A stretch of 64,000 bases of DNA from Candidatus Parcubacteria bacterium (GTDB taxonomy: Bacteria > Patescibacteriota > Patescibacteriia > Patescibacteriales > BM507): the NCBI GenBank assembly GCA_002869265.1, contig PKTH01000011.1:10843-74842 (forward strand). Reading direction: 5' to 3'. The notes beneath the pieces are model-generated. The model had not been told where the DNA came from. It ran no database searches and saw only the letters and a list, made by a program, of their open reading frames with translations. The position numbers were made by a program, and so were the translations under genes. Within the stretch, counting starts at the first letter, position 1. Every line of letters begins with the position of its first letter. This document shows positions 45,995-57,078 of the stretch, piece by piece.

Positions 45995-46525
45995 ATGAGA
46001 TTCAAGATAAAAAAAAATAAATTTCTGAACAATAAGCAAGGCTTCTCTGTTATGGAAGTAATCGTTGCGCTTTCAATTTTTTCAATCGGCCTTATTGGCA
46101 TGGCCAGCCTGATGCTTCAGTCAATGCAGGCTGAAGCCTTAAATGAAGGTTATCTAAAGGCTTCGTTATTTGCTCAAGAGGGAGTAGAACTGGTCAGAGG
46201 GATAAGGGATGAGAATTGGTTAAACCCTTCTTTGGTCGCCTGGGATCTAAATATCTATGACCCAGCTGATACAACCTTTACTATAGATTATAATAATAAC
46301 ATTGATCGATCTGTAGATTTTATAACAGACGCAGGGGCCGTTTTGCGTTTAAATGGTGGTGATTTTTATGAGCATGCTGCGGGCCAGGCGACCACTTACA
46401 GCAGATTAATGGATGTGACTTCTTGTGGTCCGGACTGCAGAGAAGTGAAGGCGACAGTTTCTTGGAAACATTCCGGGAAAGTCAGTACTTATGAAGCAAC
46501 AACTATTTTATATGACTGGAGATAA
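45995..46525 (+). CDS. Minor pilin (PilV-like)
   Basis: NKQG|FSVMEVIVALSIFSIGL prepilin motif. The ATG directly follows the upstream TAA. Confidence 0.8.
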   Translation: MRFKIKKNKFLNNKQGFSVMEVIVALSIFSIGLIGMASLMLQSMQAEALNEGYLKASLFAQEGVELVRGIRDENWLNPSLVAWDLNIYDPADTTFTIDYNNNIDRSVDFITDAGAVLRLNGGDFYEHAAGQATTYSRLMDVTSCGPDCREVKATVSWKHSGKVSTYEATTILYDWR

Positions 46526-46526
46526 T

Positions 46527-47103
46527 ATGCATAAAATAAATAATCAAAAAGGACACACCCTGTTAGAGATGGTTGTTGCTGTTGCGATTTTTTCTGTACT
46601 TTTTTTAATGATTACAAATATCTATTTAATGATGACCCAAAACCAAAACAGGGTTATAGCTACTCAAAACATCCAAGAAAGTATGAAATTTGTTTTTGAA
46701 ATGATAAGTAAAGAAATGAGAACCGCTAGAAAAAGTGATAATACTTGCTCAACCTTTTTACCTGCCGCCTCTGTCCCGGATACAAACAATAAGGTTTATA
46801 ACACCGCTGACTCTGGAGCCGTATTTTATTTTGAGAACAAGGATGGGCAATGTGTGGTATATCTTCTTGAAGCCTATGGCCCCGTGGGTGGTTTTAAGAT
46901 TATCCGTGATACTGAAGAATATTTTGTTACCCCCGATGAGCTAAATTTAGAAAACATGCATTTTTTTATCTGGGATGATGCTGTTGGAGACTTTCACTCT
47001 GATCAACCGTTTGTAACCATGAGGGTTGATGTCGAGGATAGCACCCCTAGAGAAATGAATAAATTAAGAACTAGGTATCAAACAACTATTTCATCAAGAT
47101 ATT

Positions 47104-47111
<8 letters not shown>
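46527..47111 (+). CDS. Minor pilin (PilW-like)
   Basis: QKG|HTLLEMVVAVAIFSVLFL prepilin-like motif. Start set at ATG 46527, just after the upstream stop. Confidence 0.7.
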
Positions 47112-49672
<2,561 letters not shown>

Positions 49673-49676
49673 TATT

Positions 49677-49967
49677 ATGAAATTAGAAAAAAAAGATATT
49701 GAACATATTGCTCGTCTTGCCAGACTTGATTTAAGTGAGCAAGAATTAAAAGAGTACGGAGATCAGCTTTCAGACGTTTTGGGTTATATAAATCAATTGC
49801 AGGAGGTAAATACTGACAGTGTTGAGCCGACTGCTCAGGTAACTGGTCTAGAAAATAGTTTACGAGAAGATACTGTCGACAATTGGCCAGAGGCCGAAAG
49901 AGAAGAAGCTCTAGCTGAAGCTCCAGAAACAGAAGATCATCAAGTAAAAGTAAAAAGAGTCCTGTAG
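49677..49967 (+). CDS. gatC: Asp/Glu-tRNA amidotransferase subunit C
   Basis: 96 aa. IEHIARLARLDLSEQELKEYGDQLSDVLGYINQLQEVNT is a typical GatC sequence. Confidence 0.85.
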   Translation: MKLEKKDIEHIARLARLDLSEQELKEYGDQLSDVLGYINQLQEVNTDSVEPTAQVTGLENSLREDTVDNWPEAEREEALAEAPETEDHQVKVKRVL

Positions 49968-50000
49968 TCACAAAACATTAAACCTAAAACACGCAGCAAA

Positions 50001-50342
50001 ATGAGATACCATGAAAAACTAAAAATCAAAATGGATCAATATGCACATATGGTTTATGGGCTTACAAAAAGTTTTCCAAAAGAAGAGCTTTATGGAGTCA
50101 CTTCTCAGTTGAGAAGATCGTCATTATCAGTTATCTTAAATTATGTTGAAGGGTTTGCTAGAAGAAAAGGAGATAACTGTAAGGTGTATAAAAATTTTTT
50201 GGAAATTTCTTATGGATCACTTAAAGAGTCAAAATATCTTTTACATTTTTCATTAGTGGAAAAATATTTAAGTGAAGACGATTATAAAAAAATTGCACCA
50301 CTCTCTGATGAGATAGGGGCAATGTTGTATAAAGCACTATAA
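50001..50342 (+). CDS. Four-helix-bundle protein (23S rRNA intervening-sequence protein family)
   Basis: 113 aa. FPKEELYGVTSQLRRSSLSVILNYVEGFAR ... ISYGSLKESKYLL matches the family pattern. Confidence 0.75.
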   Translation: MRYHEKLKIKMDQYAHMVYGLTKSFPKEELYGVTSQLRRSSLSVILNYVEGFARRKGDNCKVYKNFLEISYGSLKESKYLLHFSLVEKYLSEDDYKKIAPLSDEIGAMLYKAL

Positions 50343-50387
50343 TTAAAAACGTTGCATGTTACATGCTGACTGTTATTATAAATATAT

Positions 50388-51833
50388 ATGTTAAACGAGT
50401 TAACCATAAAAGAAGCGCAAGAAAAACTAAAAAACAAAGAAATAAGTTCTGTTGATTTAGTGAAAGCTTGCCTTGAGAGAATTAAAAAAACAGACGAAAA
50501 AGTCAAAGCCTGCGTAAGCGTTTTGGAGGAGGGTGCTTTAGTAGAAGCGAAAAAGGCTGACGAGAGAATTGCCAAGGGAGAATGGGAGGAATTACTTGGT
50601 ATTCCTTATATTGCCAAGGACAATATAATGACCAGAGGAGTAAGAACAACAGCTTCTTCAAAAATATTAGAAAACTATATTGCTCCATACGACGCAACTA
50701 TTATTAAAAAGATAAAAGCTGCCGGTGGCATATTGATTGCCAAGGCCAATCTTGATGAATTCGCCCATGGAGCTTCTACTGAAAATTCTGCTTTCGGTAC
50801 TACTCACAACCCTTGGGACTTGTCACGGGTTCCTGGCGGCTCTTCTGGGGGTTCAGCCGCAGCGGTTGCAGCAAATATGTGTATCTTTGCTCTCGGTACA
50901 GATACTGGTGGTTCTATTAGGTGTCCAGCTTCTTTTTGTGGTGTTGTGGGCATGAAACCAACATATGGTAGAGCCTCTCGTTTTGGTCTTATTGCGATGA
51001 CTAGCTCTACTGATGTTCCAGGTCCAATAACCAAAACCATCGAAGACACAGCGATTATTCAAAAAATTATTTCTGGTACCGACAAAAATGATCTAACAAC
51101 AGTTGATGAAAAAATAGATGATTACCAAGAAGAAATTCAAAAAGACATAAAAGGACTAAAGATTGGTCTGCCTAAAGAATTCTTTGAAGAGGGGATAGAT
51201 GCGGGAGTTGCTGATTCACTAAATTCAGCGATTGAGAAGCTAAAAGAATTAGGGGCTGAGTTTGTGGATATTAGTCTTCCCAATACAAAATATGCAGTTC
51301 CTGTTTATTATATAGTTACACCATCGGAGGTTAGCTCTAATTTAGCTCGCTTTGATGGTATTCGCTATGGACTCTCCGATCAAGGAGGAAGCGACTTGTT
51401 TGATATTTATGCTCATAGTCGAGGGAAAGGCCTTGGCCCAGAAGCCAAAAGAAGAATAATGCTTGGAACATATGCACTTTCAGCTGGTTATTATGACGCT
51501 TATTACTTGAAAGCTCAAAAAGTGCGAACATTAATAAAACAAGAAATGGATGAAGCCCTTAAAAAGGTTGATCTTATTTTAACCCCAACATCTCCTCATA
51601 CAGCCTTTAAGATTGGCGAGCAGTCAAACGATCCATTAAAAATGTATTTAGAAGATATATTTGTTACGAGCGCATCTTTGGCCGGGTTGCCTGCCGTCTC
51701 TGTTCCTTGTGGTTTTTCGGACGGTTTGCCAGTCGGAATGCAATTGATCGGATCTCGTTTTGATGAGAAGACTATTTTGCGCGTAGCAAAAAAATACGAA
51801 GAGAATTCAGAAAAAGCCGAGTTGAAAACTTAA
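50388..51833 (+). CDS. gatA: Asp/Glu-tRNA amidotransferase subunit A
   Basis: Amidase signature GGSSGGSAAAVA...GTDTGGSIRCPASFCG. The length (481 aa) fits. Confidence 0.95.
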   Translation: MLNELTIKEAQEKLKNKEISSVDLVKACLERIKKTDEKVKACVSVLEEGALVEAKKADERIAKGEWEELLGIPYIAKDNIMTRGVRTTASSKILENYIAPYDATIIKKIKAAGGILIAKANLDEFAHGASTENSAFGTTHNPWDLSRVPGGSSGGSAAAVAANMCIFALGTDTGGSIRCPASFCGVVGMKPTYGRASRFGLIAMTSSTDVPGPITKTIEDTAIIQKIISGTDKNDLTTVDEKIDDYQEEIQKDIKGLKIGLPKEFFEEGIDAGVADSLNSAIEKLKELGAEFVDISLPNTKYAVPVYYIVTPSEVSSNLARFDGIRYGLSDQGGSDLFDIYAHSRGKGLGPEAKRRIMLGTYALSAGYYDAYYLKAQKVRTLIKQEMDEALKKVDLILTPTSPHTAFKIGEQSNDPLKMYLEDIFVTSASLAGLPAVSVPCGFSDGLPVGMQLIGSRFDEKTILRVAKKYEENSEKAELKT

Positions 51834-51863
51834 ATATAATTTTCAAATAATAAATTTAATCTC

Positions 51864-52631
51864 ATGCTAAAAAACAAAAAAGGCAATGCTATTATTATTC
51901 TTTTGGTTGTTTTTTCTTTAATAGGTCTTGCCTATCTTTTTTCTTTTAAAAACAACGACAAGGCAGTTGAAAACATATTGGGTGATACAGGATTAATAGA
52001 GAAGGACAGCACAAAAAATTCGTATAGCCAAGCATTAGACGCCGCTAAAAAACTGAAGTATCTTCAGATGCGACCGATAGATGAGAGTGATTATCATATT
52101 GGCAATCTTGATGCGCCAGTCAAAATAATATATTATTCTGACTTCGAATGTCCGTTTTGCCCCGATTATGTAGAGACTCTTAACACGGTGCTGGAGGAAT
52201 ATAGTAGCGAAGAAGTTGTTTTTGCTTTTAGGCATTTTATCTTAAGTAATCATAGTTTTGCTCTCGATGCCGCCCTGGCTTTTGAGTGTGGAGTAGAGCA
52301 AACTGATTTTATGGATATGTATTTGGCGCTTTATGAGGACAGCAAGAATCAAACATTAACAGAAGAAGAATATTTATCAGATGCCGAAGATTTGGGTCTG
52401 GATACAGAACAGTTTAGCGATTGTCTAAAAACAGAAAAGTATAAACAAAAAATTGATAAGTTGGTTCAAGAAGCAAGAAACTTTGGTGTGACCGGAACCC
52501 CTTCAACTTTTTTGAACGGGAAACCCCTAGCAGGAGCTTACCCTTATGAAGACTTTGTTGATCAATTAGGACAAGAAAAAGAAGGATTAAAAACAATTAT
52601 TGATAAAGAATTAGCAAAACCACAATTTTAA
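51864..52631 (+). CDS. DsbA-family thiol:disulfide oxidoreductase, membrane-anchored (second copy)
   Basis: CxxC site FECPFC, N-terminal TM, and the same length (255 aa) and architecture as the 18111 product. Confidence 0.8.
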   Translation: MLKNKKGNAIIILLVVFSLIGLAYLFSFKNNDKAVENILGDTGLIEKDSTKNSYSQALDAAKKLKYLQMRPIDESDYHIGNLDAPVKIIYYSDFECPFCPDYVETLNTVLEEYSSEEVVFAFRHFILSNHSFALDAALAFECGVEQTDFMDMYLALYEDSKNQTLTEEEYLSDAEDLGLDTEQFSDCLKTEKYKQKIDKLVQEARNFGVTGTPSTFLNGKPLAGAYPYEDFVDQLGQEKEGLKTIIDKELAKPQF

Positions 52632-52632
52632 T

Positions 52633-52983
52633 ATGGCAGATTACGCAACAAAATTAATAGGGCAGAAGGTTACTGTGATGATGGATAGAAAGATGGGTTC
52701 GGTTCATCCTAGATTTAAAGAAATATATTATTGTCAGAACTATGGTTATGTTCCAGAAACTAAAGCGCCAGATGGTGATGAAATAGATGCTTATGTCTTG
52801 GGAGTTTTCAAGCCTTTCCATAAATATATTGGCAAGGCGATCGCGGTTGTGAGAAGAGAAGATGACGATGATGATAAATTGATTGTTGTTCCAGATGGAG
52901 TAGATTATAGTGATGAGCAGATATTGGCTTTAGTAGAATTTCAAGAAAGATTTTTTAAAGCAAGTGTTATAAGAAAAGATTGA
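52633..52983 (+). CDS. Short inorganic pyrophosphatase-like protein
   Basis: 116 aa. ...MDRKMGSVHP...YCQNYGYVPETKAPDGDEIDAYVLG...VVRREDDDDDKLIV matches the short PPase-like family pattern (DR-x-GS-x-HP, NYGY, DG-x-E-x-DAY). Confidence 0.55.
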   Translation: MADYATKLIGQKVTVMMDRKMGSVHPRFKEIYYCQNYGYVPETKAPDGDEIDAYVLGVFKPFHKYIGKAIAVVRREDDDDDKLIVVPDGVDYSDEQILALVEFQERFFKASVIRKD

Positions 52984-52995
52984 AATAAAATATAA

Positions 52996-53079
52996 GGAGA
53001 GTTCGCCTAGAGGCCTATGGCGCCCGCTTGGAAAGCGGGTGGGTTCACGCCCACGCGGGTTCGAATCCCGCACTCTCCG
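52996..53079 (+). tRNA. tRNA-Ser (anticodon GGA)
   Basis: Acceptor GGAGAGT/ACTCTCC, anticodon stem CCCGC/GCGGG with loop TTGGAAA, long variable arm, T arm GCGGG-TTCGAAT-CCCGC. Confidence 0.9.
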
Positions 53080-53095
53080 CAATTAAGTTGTTTAA

Positions 53096-53716
53096 ATGAA
53101 AAAAATTAATCCCCAGGTTAAAGCAGCAAAAATTGAAAAGAAGCATTTAGCTAAACATGAGACAAAAAGAGAAATTTTGTTCCGTTTTTTGATTCTTATT
53201 GCCATCCTTGGTGCGTATTTTGTCTACCTTACATTGGAGCATGGACTAGGAAGGGGTTTTTCAGTTTTATTGATAACCTGGAGCTTTTTTGTTCTCTGTA
53301 CGCCAATAGCCGATGCAGGATTTATTCTAGATTTTCCAATACGGCTTTTCCTGCGAATAAAAATGTTTGTTAGCGAAGTTGTAGTATGGGTCATTGCAAT
53401 CTTGATAAATATTTCTTTTTTGCTTTTTAGGCCGGAGATATACAATTCAGATCTTCTGACAAAAATATTTAAAGAAATACTAACCAATCCTTTTCCTTAT
53501 TGGTCTATTATTATTTTGTCAGGAATAGGGACATTCTTATCAGTTTCCTTTGGGGATGAACTCTTAGATGTAATCCGCTACAAAGACAGAAAGCTTTTCA
53601 ATAAAAGAAGTTTTATTGCAAAGAGTGTTTTTCTGTTTTCAGTATTTATTATTATATTTATTCTTTACGATATTTTAATATACAAGCTAGGTTTAAATAC
53701 TGTTTTTGCAAGATAG
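53096..53716 (+). CDS. Hypothetical polytopic membrane protein
   Basis: 206 aa with a basic N-terminus and 5-6 hydrophobic segments. No motif recognised. Confidence 0.6.
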   Translation: MKKINPQVKAAKIEKKHLAKHETKREILFRFLILIAILGAYFVYLTLEHGLGRGFSVLLITWSFFVLCTPIADAGFILDFPIRLFLRIKMFVSEVVVWVIAILINISFLLFRPEIYNSDLLTKIFKEILTNPFPYWSIIILSGIGTFLSVSFGDELLDVIRYKDRKLFNKRSFIAKSVFLFSVFIIIFILYDILIYKLGLNTVFAR

Positions 53717-53761
53717 TATTTTTTTGTGAGAAAATTCTTTAAATTTAGTAAAAAAATAGTT

Positions 53762-54919
53762 ATGTCAGATCAATACAAGGAGGTAGTAAGTAGAGGCTTA
53801 GGCTCTAGACTAATGAATTCAATCAAAGGAATATTGATTGGTCTTCTTTTGTTTGTGGTTTCATTTATTGTTTTGTATGTAAACGAAGGGAGAGTGGATC
53901 TTTCAAAGGTCGCCGAAGAGGCGATTCAAATAGATTTAAGTGAAGAGGTACAACTTGGTTTAGATGGACTGCTTATTTCTTCAACGGGTGAATTGAAATC
54001 AGACGAAAAAATAGGAGATACTTATCTAGTAGAAGGAGATTATCTTCTCATAAAAAGAGTTGTGGAGATGTATGCTTGGGAGGAGGAATCTCATTCAGAA
54101 ACAGAGAAAAATATTGGTGGCTCTGAAACAACAGAGACGACTTATACCTACACCACTAAATGGACAAGTTCTCCAAAAAGTTCTTCAAGGTTCAAAATAG
54201 AGGAGGGGCACACAAATCCTAAACTAAAGATTGATTCAAAGACTATTACAACAAAAAAAGCTATGCTGGGTTTATACGAGCTTGATACGGCGAGTGTTAG
54301 CTTGCCTCAACCTTTTAGTCTTGATCTTACAGAAGACAAGGTGATTGAAAAAGATTCTTTCAGACTTGTTGGAGATTATTTATACCAGGGGAACGGAACT
54401 CTCGGCAACCCGGCAGTTGGTGACTTGCGGATTAGTTATCTTGGCTTAGAGAATCCTATGGAGCGAGCAACTATTTTTGGTTCAATCAATGTTTCTCAAA
54501 AAAGTATCGAAGCCCATAGAGACAAAAAAGCAAAACTCTTCAGAGTTTTTGATGGTAGTAGAGAAGAGGCTATCACAAAGATGGCCACTGAACATTCGAC
54601 CATGACCTGGATTTTACGACTAGTTGGATTTTTTATGATGTGGTTTGGGCTTATGGCCCTATTTGGACCAATTTCCGTTGTCTTGGATATTCTCCCTACC
54701 TTTGGTTCAATCAGTCGTTTTAGTATTGGTCTAGTTTCATTTTTCGCTTCACTTGTTTTATCGGGGGTTACTATTATAGTTTCTAAAATAGCTCATAACC
54801 CAGTAGCTCTTTTTATGGTGGTTTTAATTTTTGTTGTGATAATGTTAAGCTATTTGAAAACCAAAAGAAAAAAGGGCTATGTCGACAAGGATGGAGGTAG
54901 TATCTTAAATAATATTTAA
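53762..54919 (+). CDS. TMEM43/DUF1625-like membrane protein
   Basis: N-terminal TM followed by VNEGR, a long extracytoplasmic beta-rich region and three C-terminal TM segments. An alternative GTG start lies at 53726. Confidence 0.5.
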   Translation: MSDQYKEVVSRGLGSRLMNSIKGILIGLLLFVVSFIVLYVNEGRVDLSKVAEEAIQIDLSEEVQLGLDGLLISSTGELKSDEKIGDTYLVEGDYLLIKRVVEMYAWEEESHSETEKNIGGSETTETTYTYTTKWTSSPKSSSRFKIEEGHTNPKLKIDSKTITTKKAMLGLYELDTASVSLPQPFSLDLTEDKVIEKDSFRLVGDYLYQGNGTLGNPAVGDLRISYLGLENPMERATIFGSINVSQKSIEAHRDKKAKLFRVFDGSREEAITKMATEHSTMTWILRLVGFFMMWFGLMALFGPISVVLDILPTFGSISRFSIGLVSFFASLVLSGVTIIVSKIAHNPVALFMVVLIFVVIMLSYLKTKRKKGYVDKDGGSILNNI

Positions 54920-54942
54920 TTTTATAAATAAATAATAAAACT

Positions 54943-55419
54943 ATGAATTATTATTTAGCAGTTTTGAAAAAGTACGCAGTTTTTAATGGGCGTGCTCGTA
55001 GGGCAGAGTATTGGTACTTTGTTTTATTCAATATGATATTCGCCATGGTTCTGGGGATTATCCAAAATACACTAGGTCTATCAACAGAGGATGGTGGTCC
55101 ACTGACAGATATTTACCAATTAGCTGTTTTTATTCCAAGTATTGCCGCAGCGGTTAGAAGAATGCACGATGTAAACAAAAGCGGTTGGTTTGTTCTGATC
55201 CCACTGTATAACTTATTTCTAGCTGTGACCGCTGGGGACAAGGGAGAAAATAGATTTGGCCCAGACCCAATAGAAGAGGAAGAGAAACAAACGGGCACAA
55301 AGACAGAGCCAAAGAGTGAAGAAAAAGTAGTTGAAGCTAGTGTTGAACCTGTAAATGAAGAAAAAGGTGAGTCTGCTGAAGAATCAATAGAAAAGGAAAG
55401 AGAAGAATTGGGCAAGTAA
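54943..55419 (+). CDS. DUF805-family inner membrane protein with acidic C-terminal tail
   Basis: YAVFNGRARRAEYWYFVLFNMI ... RRMHDVNKSGWFVLIPLYNLFL ... GENRFGPDP are the DUF805 hallmarks. Confidence 0.8.
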   Translation: MNYYLAVLKKYAVFNGRARRAEYWYFVLFNMIFAMVLGIIQNTLGLSTEDGGPLTDIYQLAVFIPSIAAAVRRMHDVNKSGWFVLIPLYNLFLAVTAGDKGENRFGPDPIEEEEKQTGTKTEPKSEEKVVEASVEPVNEEKGESAEESIEKEREELGK

Positions 55420-55433
55420 TTTTTACCAAATAG

Positions 55434-55470
55434 AAAAGCTCAGCTATTTAGCTGAGCTTTTTGTTTTTTT
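55434..55470. terminator. Bidirectional rho-independent terminator
   Basis: Stem AAAAGCTCAGC / GCTGAGCTTTT with loop TATTTA, an A-run upstream and a T-run downstream. Lies between convergent genes. Confidence 0.7.
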
Positions 55471-55705
55471 ACAATGAGCTTATTGCTTTTTGAGCAATCT
55501 TTAAGTGTTCTGGGGAGCCAACAACCATGATATGGAAAGCTTCTGCCAGTAGGCGACAACCCATAATCTGAACAAGCGAGCTACCGGATATTACTCCTTC
55601 TTCTGAAAGTTCTTCAGCGCGTTCAATGATCTTGATTCCTTCTTGATTTTTGATCATATCAGGATTGTCTTTAACAAACTTTTTAACGTTCTCGACAGCA
55701 TACAT
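55469..55705 (-). CDS. Hypothetical small helical protein (78 aa)
   Basis: Strong SD (AAGGAGGAGAC) 7 nt upstream of the ATG. No homology recognised. Confidence 0.55.
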   Translation of the reverse strand: MYAVENVKKFVKDNPDMIKNQEGIKIIERAEELSEEGVISGSSLVQIMGCRLLAEAFHIMVVGSPEHLKIAQKAISSL

Positions 55706-55778
55706 ATATGTCTCCTCCTTAGAAAATGTTCAATATAAGAGCATTTAATCATAAAATAATATATCTGTCCATTTAGTA

Positions 55779-55826
55779 TTGACAAAGTAGACTAAAAGAT
55801 GGATAATGGTGAGGTTGTTTAACAAC
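55779..55826 (+). promoter_or_regulatory. Near-consensus sigma-70 promoter plus downstream inverted repeat (candidate operator)
   Basis: TTGACA (55779-55784), 17-nt spacer, GATAAT (55802-55807). The inverted repeat GTTGTT-T-AACAAC (55814-55826) lies between the -10 and the SD of the 55853 gene. Confidence 0.45.
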
Positions 55827-55852
55827 ATTGCTCATTTTAAAGAGGAGGCGAT

Positions 55853-56227
55853 ATGGAAAACCATATAGGAGAGAATTTCTATATTCGGGTAGAATGCCCG
55901 GTTTTCATAAAGCCTGGCTCTGCCACAATCATTAGTTTCAGAACTTCTGAACCCGCAAGAATCATAAAAATAGGTCAAGCATATAGCGAAATATCAAAAG
56001 AAGAAGAACTTTGTTTTATTGTCCAATTTGATGATGGTGAATTATTATCCATTCCGAGAAGATTAGAAAAATTAGGTCTACTAACAGTTATTGGAGGGGA
56101 GGATTTTTTAACAAAAAAAGAATTGCAAGAATATTCCAGTCGGAATAATAATCAAACATTCAAAGTGAAAAAAGGAGAGAGAAGTGGGAGAAATTCAACT
56201 GAAAACAATCGACGGCGAAGAGATTGA
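55853..56227 (+). CDS. Hypothetical protein with Arg-rich C-terminus (124 aa)
   Basis: SD AAAGAGGAGG upstream. The C-terminal tail reads KKGERSGRNSTENNRRRRD. No homology recognised. Confidence 0.6.
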   Translation: MENHIGENFYIRVECPVFIKPGSATIISFRTSEPARIIKIGQAYSEISKEEELCFIVQFDDGELLSIPRRLEKLGLLTVIGGEDFLTKKELQEYSSRNNNQTFKVKKGERSGRNSTENNRRRRD

Positions 56228-56342
56228 CGGCAAAATAATTTCGATAGAAATGTCTTTGGCAGGCAAAATATTGGTAGTTTCGTGCTCCGGCACAGAAAAA
56301 CATTTTATGCAAACACCAGCTGGCTTGAAACTCCTCAAATAA
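56184..56342 (+). CDS. Possible 52-aa ORF (GTG start) overlapping the 3' end of the previous gene
   Basis: GTG at 56184 is preceded by AAAGGAGAGAGAA. Reads VGEIQLKTIDGEEIDGKIISIEMSLAGKILVVSCSGTEKHFMQTPAGLKLLK*. A terminator follows directly. Below the ORF-track size cutoff. Confidence 0.3.
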   Translation: MGEIQLKTIDGEEIDGKIISIEMSLAGKILVVSCSGTEKHFMQTPAGLKLLK

Positions 56343-56350
56343 AATTTCAA

Positions 56351-56380
56351 AGCAGGATGAATAAATCCTGCTTTTCTTTT
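56351..56380 (+). terminator. Rho-independent terminator
   Basis: Stem AGCAGGAT / ATCCTGCT with loop GAATAA, then TTTCTTTT. Confidence 0.65.
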
Positions 56381-56440
56381 TACCGAAAATATGTCAAAGT
56401 ATAGTTATAACCCAAACCGTTCTTTGAAAGGAGGTGACAT

Positions 56441-56749
56441 ATGTCTGTTCCGAATATAAGTAAAAAAATGAAGAAAGAAGCCCTAGCCTTCCTTGAGCAA
56501 TGTGAATTGTTCGGAGAAAAAAACCTGGAAGGTAACCCCATTATTTTGGCGCATCAGTCAGAAAGCGATTTTGTACATCCCGACAATGGGAGCCCAGTAA
56601 ACCGTCGGCAGGGAAGACCAGCAATATCTTATTTTTACTTAAGCATAAATGTCGGCAGACAAGTATTTTCTGTCAGTGCAGTTGATAATCGAAATGTTGC
56701 TCGTTTTATGAAAAAGGGAGAAAAGAAAGATGATGATAAACGTATTTAA
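56441..56749 (+). CDS. Hypothetical protein (102 aa)
   Basis: SD AAAGGAGGTG 5 nt upstream of the ATG. No homology recognised. Confidence 0.6.
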   Translation: MSVPNISKKMKKEALAFLEQCELFGEKNLEGNPIILAHQSESDFVHPDNGSPVNRRQGRPAISYFYLSINVGRQVFSVSAVDNRNVARFMKKGEKKDDDKRI

Positions 56750-56786
56750 GAAACAGAAAAAAACAAAAACCTCCACTCAAACCAAC

Positions 56787-56817
56787 TAAAAGACCCAAAT
56801 TGAAAATGGGTCTTTTT
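56787..56817 (+). terminator. Rho-independent terminator
   Basis: Stem AAAAGACCCA / TGGGTCTTTT flanking a 9-nt loop, with a T-run. Confidence 0.6.
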
Positions 56818-56856
56818 ATTTGACAATATTAACAAAAAATGTTAAACATTAGATAT

Positions 56857-56985
56857 ATGGATAAAATAAATTTTAACAATCTAAACAAAGCTTACAGAAA
56901 CGCTCCAATTGGTGCGGGTCTTATGGTTTCTGGAACCAGAAAATCCAGCAAGCTTTTGTTTAGACGTGGTAAGTTTATTATGTAA
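56857..56985 (+). other. Self-contained promoter-to-terminator unit: leaderless 42-aa ORF or small RNA
   Basis: TTGACA (56820-56825), 17-nt spacer, TG-n-TAAACA (56841-56848). An ATG sits 9 nt after the -10 with no SD. The ORF reads MDKINFNNLNKAYRNAPIGAGLMVSGTRKSSKLLFRRGKFIM*. A strong terminator lies at 57005-57040. Confidence 0.25.
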
Positions 56986-57004
56986 TATTTGATTATTTTA
57001 GATA

Positions 57005-57040
57005 AAAAGACCTCGACTGAACAAAAGTCGAGGTCTTTTG
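57005..57040 (+). terminator. Rho-independent terminator
   Basis: 14-bp stem AAAAGACCTCGACT / AGTCGAGGTCTTTT with loop GAACAAA. Confidence 0.65.
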
Positions 57041-57078
57041 TATTCAGTGAATTTTGGTTCTTTTCAAAGGAGAAAAAA

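Noticed and set aside
49675-49971. A 98-aa minus-strand ORF exactly antisense to gatC.
   Set aside because: The plus-strand product has the canonical GatC sequence. The antisense product is Leu-rich and low-complexity, with no SD.
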